Assembly: GCA_038231435.1 (NCBI GenBank) | Contig: JBBRLJ010000061.1 | Coordinates: forward strand, 1-25,116 | Length of the DNA stretch: 25,116 bases | Direction of reading: 5' to 3' | Origin: Planctomycetota bacterium | GTDB lineage: Bacteria; Planctomycetota; UBA11346 | Shown: positions 1-8,579 of the stretch, in pieces | Position numbering within the stretch: position 1 is the first letter of the stretch | Layout: every line of letters begins with the position of its first letter | Notes under the pieces: model-generated | What the model was told of the DNA's origin: nothing | The model's database searches: none | Seen by the model: the letters and a program-made list of their open reading frames with translations, nothing else | Translations under genes and position numbers: made by a program

Positions 1-98
1 AGCCCATCCGCCGACGATTTCGCAGCGCAGCGGAGACATCGAGCCCCGACAAAGCCCGAGGGGTAGGCCCGAAGGGCCGTAGGGGCGAAGCCCCTGTG
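1..98. repeat. Multi-hairpin extragenic repeat, copy 1 (5'-truncated by the window edge)
   Basis: Bases 1-98 are nearly identical to 144-241 (period 143 bp; differences seen at gcccgAgggg/gcccgTgggg and loop gaa/gca). Contains hairpins ggccc-gaa-gggcc (66-78) and aggggc-gaa-gcccct (81-95), with GTAG at 63-66 and 79-82. Confidence 0.95.
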
Positions 99-107
99 AA
101 ATCAGCC

Positions 108-241
108 GGGCGCCGAGGGGCGGTCGGCGGATACAATAGGCGCAGCCCATCCGCCGACGATTTCGCAGCGCAGCGGAGACATCGAGCCCCGACAAAGCCC
201 GTGGGGTAGGCCCGCAGGGCCGTAGGGGCGAAGCCCCTGTG
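108..241. repeat. Multi-hairpin extragenic repeat, copy 2 (complete)
   Basis: gggcgccgaggggcg-gtcggcggat...atccgccgac...ggccc-gca-gggcc-gt-aggggc-gaa-gcccct. Colinear with 24976-25111. Lies 11 bp downstream of the ABC permease stop codon. Confidence 0.95.
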
Positions 242-252
242 CAAAATGCCAG

Positions 253-1478
253 CTATTCGTATCGCAGCGCGTCGATGGGATCCAGGAGCGAGGCCTTGCG
301 CGCGGGATAGAGACCGAAGATCACGCCGATCAGACCGCTGAAGCACACCGCGACCGTCACCACTTCGGGGCGGATCAGCACCGGCCAGGCGAAGACCGAA
401 GTCAGCACCTGCGCGGTGCCCCAGCCGAGCGCGACGCCGATGGCGCCGCCCGCGGTGGACAGGGTCAGGGCCTCGACCAGGAATTGCGCGAGGATCTGGC
501 GCGGCTTGGCGCCAACTGCCATGCGGATGCCGATCTCGCGGGTGCGCTCCGAGACGCTGACCAGCATGATGTTCATGATGCCGATGCCGCCCACCAGCAG
601 CGACACGCTGGCGATCGCCGCGAGCAGCAGGCTGAGCGTGCGCGTGCCTTCCTGTTGGGCGTTCGCCATGTCGGTCAGGTTGCGCACCGAGAAGTCGTCG
701 TCAGCGCCGGGTTGGACGCGGTGGCGATCGCGCAGCAGGTTGCGCACCTGCGACTCGGCGCGCGCGGTGTCCTCGGACGAGGCGGCGCCGATCATGAGGA
801 TACCGTTGACGTACTTCTGCAGTCCGCCCTGGATCTTGGCGCGGAAGGTGGTTTGCGGAATCAGCACCGCGTCGTCGTAATCCTCGCCCACCGGCGATTG
901 GCCCTTGCGCACCAGCACGCCGAGGATCAGGAAGGGGATGTTCTTGATGCGCACCGATTGCCCGACCGGATCGGCGCTCGGCCCATAGAGCTTGTCCGCG
1001 ACCGTGCGCCCGAGCACGGCGACCTTGGTCCCTGATTCGAGATCCGAATCGGTGAACAGGCTGCCGCTCTCGGGCTTCCAGCCGCGCAGCATGAAGTAAT
1101 CGGTGGTGGTGCCCTGGATCTTCGTCGACCAGTTCTGGTCCTCGCTCATCACCTGCGAGCGCGAGTTCAGGACGGGAGCCGCGTAGCGCACCGCGCTGAG
1201 CTCGGTCTGGATGGCCTTGAGATCGTCGAAGGTCAGGGTCGGCTGCGAACCCCAGCCGCCACGCGCGCCGCCGCCCGAGGAGGCACCCGACATCACGATC
1301 AGCAGGTTCGAACCCATTGATGCGTACGTCGCCTGCACTTGGGCCTTGGCGCCTTCGCCGATCGCCACCATCGCGATCACCGCCGAGACGCCGATGATGA
1401 TGCCCAGCGTGGTCAGGAACGAGCGCATCTTGTTGCGCATCAGGGCCCGCGCGGCCGCGCGCACGGTCTGCCAGAAGT

Positions 1479-1482
<4 letters not shown>
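253..1482 (-). CDS. MacB/FtsX-family ABC transporter permease
   Basis: N-terminal RSFLTTLGIIIGVSAVIAMVAIGEG, a large periplasmic domain, and C-terminal VGGIGIMNIMLVSVSERTREIGIRMAVGA ... GLYPARKAS.LDPIDALRYE, all typical MacB permease motifs. ATGA overlap with the upstream ATPase gene. Confidence 0.95.
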
Positions 1483-2219
<737 letters not shown>

Positions 2220-2224
2220 GGTGG

Positions 2225-3595
2225 TCAGAAGGCCCGGCGCAGCGCGTTGTTGGCCTGGGGGTTCGCCGGCGCCTTGGGGAGTTCTCCGCCGGTCATGTCG
2301 GTGATCACCGGATCGCCCTCCTTCAGCTCGCCTTCGACGATCTCGGTGGACGAGCCATCGGTGATGCCGATGCGCACCTCGATCTTCGCCGGCGCGCCGT
2401 CGCGCAGCACATACACGGTGCGCTTGTCGCTCGCACCCTCACGCTTGCCGCCTCCGCCTCCGCCCTGGCCACTCCAGCGCTTGTGCTCCCCGCCGGCCGC
2501 GGCCTCGGGAGCTGCGGGCGCGGGGGCGCCAGCGGCCGGTACGGCCGCGGTCTTCACCTCTGTCGCGGGTGCAGCTGCGGACGGAGTCGATGGATTCGCT
2601 CCAGCCGTGGGTGGCTTCGCCGCGGGGTCCACGGGCGGGGCAGGCGGACGGAAGCGCAATGCCGCGTTGGGCACCTTCAGCGCGTCCTCCTTGTCAGCCC
2701 AGGTGAAGGTGACGTTGGCGGTCATGCCCGGCTTGAGCTTGAGCTCAGGGTTCGCGACGTCGATCACCGCGTCGTAGGTGACCACGCTCTGCACCACCTG
2801 CGGCGCATTGCGGATCTGCCGCACCGAACCGCGGAAGCGCTCGGTCGGGTAGGCGTCGACGGTGAACGTGGCCGGCATCTCCGGGCGCAGCTTGCCGACG
2901 TCGGCCTCGGCGACGTTGGTGTCGACCTGCATCTTGCCCATGTCCTCGGCGAGCGAGAACAGCGTGGGCGCCTGGAGCGACGCCGCCACCGTCTGGCCGA
3001 CATCGACGCTGCGCGAGATGACGATGCCGTCGATCGGCGAGGAGATGGTGGTGTAGGCCAGGTTCACCTCGGCGAGCTGGTACGACGCCTGCGCCTGGGC
3101 GAGCGCGGCCTCGGCGACGACCACCTGGGCGTCGGCTGCGTCGAGGTTGGTCTGCGCGGTGTCCACCTCGGACTGCGAGAGGATGTGCTGCTCGGACAGC
3201 GTCTTCGCCCGGTTGGCGATGCGCAGGGCATCGGCGGCCTGGGCCTTGGCCTTGGTGATGCCGCCTTGCGCGGCCTGCACGTTCGCCTTGGCCTGGGCGA
3301 GCGCGGCATCGAACAGCTGGGGATCGATGCGCGCGAGCACCTGGCCCTTCTTCACCGGGGAATTGTAGTCCACCAGCAGCTGCTGGACCCGGCCCGAGAC
3401 CTGACTGCCGACCTGCACAGTCACCAGCGCCGACAAGGTGCCGGTGGCGGTGACCTTCGAGGACAGCCGGCCGCGATCGACGACGGTGGTCTCGTAGTGG
3501 ACGACCGTCGAGCCAGAATGGACACGCCAGCGCATGGCGCCGAATGCTCCCCCAGCGACGACCACGACGGAGATGATGATGGTCGAGGCTTTCAT
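2225..3595 (-). CDS. Efflux periplasmic adaptor subunit (MacA-like membrane fusion protein)
   Basis: N-terminal membrane anchor (TIIISVVVVAGGAFGAM), VQVGSQVSGRV..VDYNSPVKKGQVLA, an alanine-rich hairpin, ISSPIDGIVISRSVDVGQTVAASLQAPTLF and LKPGMTANV. The ORF-track start at 3790 overlaps the sulP gene; the more likely start is ATG 3595 (alternative 3610). Confidence 0.92.
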   Translation of the reverse strand: MKASTIIISVVVVAGGAFGAMRWRVHSGSTVVHYETTVVDRGRLSSKVTATGTLSALVTVQVGSQVSGRVQQLLVDYNSPVKKGQVLARIDPQLFDAALAQAKANVQAAQGGITKAKAQAADALRIANRAKTLSEQHILSQSEVDTAQTNLDAADAQVVVAEAALAQAQASYQLAEVNLAYTTISSPIDGIVISRSVDVGQTVAASLQAPTLFSLAEDMGKMQVDTNVAEADVGKLRPEMPATFTVDAYPTERFRGSVRQIRNAPQVVQSVVTYDAVIDVANPELKLKPGMTANVTFTWADKEDALKVPNAALRFRPPAPPVDPAAKPPTAGANPSTPSAAAPATEVKTAAVPAAGAPAPAAPEAAAGGEHKRWSGQGGGGGGKREGASDKRTVYVLRDGAPAKIEVRIGITDGSSTEIVEGELKEGDPVITDMTGGELPKAPANPQANNALRRAF

Positions 3596-3749
3596 GGCTC
3601 TGTTTTCCATTCCCGCGTCCGTTCCGCCGTCCACTCCGTCGTCAGCACGATCTTCTCGAGACCAAGGCCACCGCCACGGCGACGGCCGCGTGGCCGATGT
3701 CGGCGGGCATCTCCCGTCCTGGGATGATGGCGGCGGTGTGATGACCGTT

Positions 3750-5441
3750 TCATGACGGGAACGGGTCCTCGCCGGCTGCTGGTACCGCATTGAACGCGTC
3801 TGCGAGATGTTCGTGGATTCCGCCCGCGCCGATCAGACCGGCCAGGCCATGCCGCTCGAGATCGGCGCGCGGCACGCGGCCCAGTTCGCACATCATGAAG
3901 AGGGTGCCGCGCGCGCGGCACGAGCCCAGCAGCTCGCGCAGCGCGTAGGCGGCGGTGGCATCGATGAAGGGCACGTGGCGCAGCCTGAGGATCATCGCGC
4001 GCGGCTTGCGGCTGAGCTGATGGTCGAGGTCGCGGATCAGCGTGGCCGCGCCGAAGAAGAACGGGCCGTTGATCTCAAACACCTCGACGCCCTCGGGTGC
4101 CCGCAGGTGGATCGAGGTGCCGTGGTCGGGCACGCGCTGCTCCAACTGGGTCATATCCGCCATGCGCTTGACGAAGAACAGCATCCCCAGCAGGACGCCG
4201 ATCACCACCGCGTAGCGCAGATCGAGGAAGACGGTGAGCGTGAACGCCAACGGCAGCAGGAATGCGTCGGAGCGCCCGGCTTTGAGGATGTACGGCCAGT
4301 GACGGAGTTCAGCCATCGACCAGCACACCACCAGCAGCACTCCGGCGAGCGCCGCGAGCGGCGCGTGACCGACCAGCGGCGCCGCGAACAGGATGGCCGT
4401 GACCACGGTCAGCGCGTGGACGATGCCAGCGACCGGCGTTCGCGCGCCGGCGCGGATGTTGGTCGAGGTGCGCGCGATCACCCCGGAGACCGGCAGGCCG
4501 CCGAACAGCGGCGACAGCAGGTTGGCCATGCCTTGGCCGACGAGTTCGGTATTCGAATCGTGCCGGTCGCCGGCGAGACCGTCCGCGACCACCGCCGAGA
4601 GCAGGCTCTCGATCGAAGCGAGGAGCGCGATGCCCAGCGCCAGGCTCGACAGGTCCATCAGGCGGCGCAGCACATCGGACACCGTGTAGCCGTCGTGAAG
4701 CCCCAGCGAGGGCAGGTGCGGCATCGGCAGCGACGACGGGATGCCATGGAAGCGTGATTGGAGGATGGTCTCGACGCGCAGGTCCAGCACCCAGGTGGCC
4801 GTTCCGACCAGGATCAGGGCGATGAGCGCACCGGGCGCCCTCGGCGAGAGCTTGCGCGTGATGACGATGATCGCCGCGGTGGCGGCACAGATGCCGACGG
4901 CCGCCGGATTGATCTCCTGGACATGCATCCAGAGGAAGTGGATGCGTTCGTGGAAGAAGGCGAACGGCGTGGCGGGCTCGACGATGCCCAGGCTCGGCGC
5001 GAGCTGCGTCGAGGCGATGATCACCGCGATGCCGGTGGTGAAGCCGATGACCACCGGTATGGGGATGAAGCTGATCGCGCGGCCGAGCCGGTTCGCGCCC
5101 ATCAGGACCATCAGCGCGCCAGCCATCAGGCCGGCGAACGCCAGACCCTCGTAGCCGAACTGGTTGACGCCGCCGGCGCACAGCCCGACGAACGCGCCAG
5201 CGGGCCCCGCGATCTGCACCCGGCTGCCGCCGAGCAGGCTGACCACCAGGCCGCCGATGATGGCGGTGAACAGGCCCTGCTCGGGCTTGCATCCCGAGGC
5301 GATGGCGAGCCCCATCGACAGGGGCAGCGCGACCACGCCGACCAGCAGCCCAGCGAACAGATCCTGGACGAAGTCCCCGCGCGAATACCCGGCCTTCATG
5401 CAGCGTGCGAGCGCGGGCTTGTACCAGGAAAGGCTCGGCAT
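3750..5441 (-). CDS. SulP/SLC26-family inorganic anion (sulfate/bicarbonate) transporter with STAS domain
   Basis: DLFAGLLVGVVALPLSMGLAIASG..PEQGLFTAIIGG, GGSRVQIAGPAGAF, ESLLSAVVADG, NTELVGQG.AN, GVIARTSTNIRAGA, and a C-terminal STAS domain (EINGPFFFGAA, VPFIDATA). Start is ATG 5441 or 5477. Confidence 0.94.
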   Translation of the reverse strand: MPSLSWYKPALARCMKAGYSRGDFVQDLFAGLLVGVVALPLSMGLAIASGCKPEQGLFTAIIGGLVVSLLGGSRVQIAGPAGAFVGLCAGGVNQFGYEGLAFAGLMAGALMVLMGANRLGRAISFIPIPVVIGFTTGIAVIIASTQLAPSLGIVEPATPFAFFHERIHFLWMHVQEINPAAVGICAATAAIIVITRKLSPRAPGALIALILVGTATWVLDLRVETILQSRFHGIPSSLPMPHLPSLGLHDGYTVSDVLRRLMDLSSLALGIALLASIESLLSAVVADGLAGDRHDSNTELVGQGMANLLSPLFGGLPVSGVIARTSTNIRAGARTPVAGIVHALTVVTAILFAAPLVGHAPLAALAGVLLVVCWSMAELRHWPYILKAGRSDAFLLPLAFTLTVFLDLRYAVVIGVLLGMLFFVKRMADMTQLEQRVPDHGTSIHLRAPEGVEVFEINGPFFFGAATLIRDLDHQLSRKPRAMILRLRHVPFIDATAAYALRELLGSCRARGTLFMMCELGRVPRADLERHGLAGLIGAGGIHEHLADAFNAVPAAGEDPFPS

Positions 5442-5554
5442 GAGGGCGGGACTCCTGGAAGCAGGGTTGTAGCGCATGTGCGCCGGGTTTCCACGCGCCC
5501 TTAGCGCGACCAGCCGCCTTCCGTCCGCGCGGAAGCCTGACAGAGTGTTCCGCC

Positions 5555-7021
5555 ATGATCCGCACCGCCCATCTGGTGTTGCCCCTGCTGGCGCTCTGCT
5601 CGTTCGCGGCCGGAGCGGATCAGATCCTGGTGCGGGATGATTTCGATGCGTACGCGCACGACTCGCAGGATCTCTCGACGGTCGGCAGTGCCGGACTCTA
5701 TGCGTCAGGCACCGGTTGGATCACCTCATCGGTCGCTGGGCTCGGGCCCGGCTGGGTGCTGAGCACCACCACAGCATCGGGCGGATTATTCGTGGCAGGT
5801 AACCTCGCACCAGGAGCACCCGCGGGTGGCCTGCATCTCGAGACGCGCAACACTGGCTTCGCCGGCCGCATCATGCGTGCGTCCCACCAAGCGACGGCGG
5901 GATCACCGGTATGGGTGAGCTTCATCCTCAAGGGTGCGTCGCTGCAGGCGGTGGCCCAGGGGATCCTCAGCAATCGCAACGAAGTGGATTTCTTCGCTGG
6001 TGATTGGGTGACGCCTGCGATTACCTTGAATACCGCTGGCACTCGAGTTGGAAATACCAGCGTGCTCGCGGATCCAGTTCGCTGGCGAATCAATAGTTCA
6101 GCTCCAAGCCACGACATCGTCGCCGATGACCTCCCGCACTTCGTGGTCTTGAAACTGAGCGACACGGCCACCTCCGTCTGGTTCGATCCTCCGCGCATCG
6201 TGGCTGAGCCCGACCCCACGGCGAGCGACTGCCTCACCACCGCGCTCGGCGGCTTGACCTTCGATCGTCTGCACATGCGCGTCGAGAGCTCCGCCGAGAT
6301 CCTCGCCATGGACGAGTTCCAGGTCGGTGATTCGTGGCGAGCCATCTCGGATGCGGGCATGCCGTACGTGACGTCGATCTCCCCGGCGCGTGGCCACATC
6401 GGCGGCGGAACCTTCGTCACCATCGTTGGTGCGCATTTCGCGCCATCATCCACGGTCACCATCGGCGGGTCTCCCGCTACCGCCGTGACCTGGTTCGATG
6501 CTTCCGCTATCACCGCGCGTACGCCCGCAGGCGCCGTTGGCACCGCCGATGTGGTGGTGACCGACGCTTCGGCGATCGCCTCCGCGAGCGACGGCTTCAC
6601 CTACGCAGTCGGCAGCGCCGGCAATCCGGTGTCGATATCGGGGCCGGTCATCGTGGGCATTCCGCATCCGGGCACGACTCTGTCGGTGGATCCCGGAACG
6701 TGGAATCCGTCGCAATCGAGCTTCACCTACCAATGGTCGAGAGCCACCACGGTGAGCGCGGCCTCGACGCCGATCGGCGGAGCCTCGTCCGCGAGTTACG
6801 TGGTCGCGGCAGCCGACCTGGGAGAATATCTGCGCGTTCGCGTAGTGCCCGCCGGAGCGCCTGCGAGCGGGGTCGACAGCGCATTCGTCCAGGTGCTGAT
6901 CGACAGGCCAACTCCGCAGCAGTTGGCCGCGTTGGAGGCGGTCGGCCCGCGTTGTGGAGCGGGGGGTGGATTGATAGCCATCGTGCTCGGTGCAGTGCTG
7001 TTGGCGCGACGCCGACGCTGA
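5555..7021 (+). CDS. Secreted/surface protein: beta-sandwich domain + IPT/TIG domain + Ig-like domain + C-terminal membrane sorting tail
   Basis: Signal peptide MIRTAHLVLPLLALCSFAAGA; IPT/TIG pattern PYVTSISPARG...GGTFVTIVGAHF....VTIGG...ITARTP...DVVV...GFTY; Ig-like PVIVG....GTTLSVDPGTW...FTYQW...YVV...DLGEYLRVRV; C-terminal CGAGGG-LIAIVLGAVLLA-RRRR. Confidence 0.85.
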   Translation: MIRTAHLVLPLLALCSFAAGADQILVRDDFDAYAHDSQDLSTVGSAGLYASGTGWITSSVAGLGPGWVLSTTTASGGLFVAGNLAPGAPAGGLHLETRNTGFAGRIMRASHQATAGSPVWVSFILKGASLQAVAQGILSNRNEVDFFAGDWVTPAITLNTAGTRVGNTSVLADPVRWRINSSAPSHDIVADDLPHFVVLKLSDTATSVWFDPPRIVAEPDPTASDCLTTALGGLTFDRLHMRVESSAEILAMDEFQVGDSWRAISDAGMPYVTSISPARGHIGGGTFVTIVGAHFAPSSTVTIGGSPATAVTWFDASAITARTPAGAVGTADVVVTDASAIASASDGFTYAVGSAGNPVSISGPVIVGIPHPGTTLSVDPGTWNPSQSSFTYQWSRATTVSAASTPIGGASSASYVVAAADLGEYLRVRVVPAGAPASGVDSAFVQVLIDRPTPQQLAALEAVGPRCGAGGGLIAIVLGAVLLARRRR

Positions 7022-7022
7022 T

Positions 7023-8579
7023 TCAGAACGACGCCTGGATTCCGAGTGAGGCGATAGGTCCGTTGGCGTGCGATCCAGAGAAGTGTTCGCTGTACGAGCC
7101 CGTTCCGGTCGGGGTGCCGGTCTGATCGACGAAGGTGACGGCTCTACTCGATGTGGTCGACGGCAGCCACATCGCCTCATAGCCGATCGTGGCGATGCCA
7201 GCCCATCTCGGCGTGAAGCGCCACGCGGCGGCGATCTCCGCTCCGATATCCGGCGCCACGCCGACGTTGGAGGGGGTCTCGTCGGCCGAGTTTCCGGTGA
7301 TCGCACCACGGCGGGTTCCGTAGCTGAAGCGCAGCATGTGAGCGCCGGCGTAGCCACGTGCGTGGAGCGACCAGGGAGAATCCTCGGAGCCGATCGCCCA
7401 TCTCCAGCCACCAACAACGTCCAGGCCGATCCCGGTGATGCCGATCCTGCTGGCGAAGCGTGCTCCGTTGAGCGACGTGCCGCTGGTGTCGGGATCCGCG
7501 AGAACGAGGTCCGCGTCGAAGCTCGCCTCGGTGAATGACAGCATGCCGCCCCACACTGGTCCGGATCGTGGGCCGAGCGGCGCCGGTTGGCGCAGCCATT
7601 CCACGTCCACTCGCAGTCCCGTGGAGGACGACAAGATCGTGCTCGAGGCGCCTTGATGAGCCGATCCCGGGGTTGGCGTCGTCGGCGCGGCATCGGCAGA
7701 AAATCGCCCCGACAGCGCCGCCCGCCACGCACCCACCCGCAGCGTCCATGACGATTCGCGCTCGCCAAAGCGCGCGAGATCGCCGCGATGGCGTGCGATC
7801 TCTTCCTGAGCGCGTACGGGTGCCAAGGCGGCGTCACCTGCCGGCAGGATGCGCGTCGACAACGCGGCGAGGCGGGCCGCCGACGTGGCGTCGCGGGTCG
7901 GCAGGGGGCCGGCGCCGAGGCGCGCGGCCAGCCGCGTGCCGATCACCACGTCGCTGTCGACATCCCCGGCGAGGGCGGCAAGGCGTTCGAGGCGTACTAC
8001 CTGGCGATCCAGCTCATCGCGCGTGGCCGCGCGCGGCAGCTGGCGCAGGTGCCAGCGCAGGCCTTTCGTCCCATCCTCGTCGGCTTCGAGGCGCGTGCGG
8101 TGACGGGCGACCTCGTCGGCGCCGCCGAGCGCCTGCACCGCGGCAGGATTGGCGTACAGACGTTCGAGCGCGTCGCCGGCGGCGGTGCGGTAACCGACGG
8201 CCTGCAGGTAGAACTTCTCGGCCAAGACCGCCTGACCATCCTTCTCCTGCGCAGCGCCCTGCTCGAGCAGGGTGAAGGACAGGAGTTCGGCGAGACGATC
8301 GCGATGCGCGTCGATGTCGGCGGCGGTGGCCGCTTTCCATGGGTCCCCGCTGCGCACCAGTCTCGCCAGCTCCGAGCCCAGAGCGTACGCGCGTGCGTTA
8401 TCGCCAGCGGCTTCCGCCGCATCGGCTGCCGCCGCCAGCTCGGCGGCGGATCTCGGCGCGGCGTCCTCGGCGGCCCCGCTCGCGGCCAGGCCCAGCAGCA
8501 CCGCGACGATCGCCACGAGCGCGCGAGGCGGACGGGTATCGCGGGCACGAGCGACGAGAGGATTCCGCGGCGCGTTCAT
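7023..8579 (-). CDS. Hypothetical exported protein: helical (TPR-like) N-half, predicted outer-membrane beta-barrel C-half
   Basis: Signal-like hydrophobic segment ALVAIVAVLLGLAASGAA; Ala/Arg/Leu/Glu-rich helical half; C-half with alternating amphipathic strands (WTLRVGAW, LRVDVEWL, IGLDVVGGWRW, LHARGYAG, AEIAAAWRF, IATIGYEAMW) ending in LGIQASF with terminal Phe. ATGA overlap with the kinase stop. Confidence 0.7.
   Translation of the reverse strand: MNAPRNPLVARARDTRPPRALVAIVAVLLGLAASGAAEDAAPRSAAELAAAADAAEAAGDNARAYALGSELARLVRSGDPWKAATAADIDAHRDRLAELLSFTLLEQGAAQEKDGQAVLAEKFYLQAVGYRTAAGDALERLYANPAAVQALGGADEVARHRTRLEADEDGTKGLRWHLRQLPRAATRDELDRQVVRLERLAALAGDVDSDVVIGTRLAARLGAGPLPTRDATSAARLAALSTRILPAGDAALAPVRAQEEIARHRGDLARFGERESSWTLRVGAWRAALSGRFSADAAPTTPTPGSAHQGASSTILSSSTGLRVDVEWLRQPAPLGPRSGPVWGGMLSFTEASFDADLVLADPDTSGTSLNGARFASRIGITGIGLDVVGGWRWAIGSEDSPWSLHARGYAGAHMLRFSYGTRRGAITGNSADETPSNVGVAPDIGAEIAAAWRFTPRWAGIATIGYEAMWLPSTTSSRAVTFVDQTGTPTGTGSYSEHFSGSHANGPIASLGIQASF

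Noticed and set aside
1..241. CRISPR array or tRNA interpretation of the terminal repeats
   Set aside because: Units are about 135-143 bp with no unique spacers and no cas genes; there is no T-loop/anticodon-arm pattern or CCA end.
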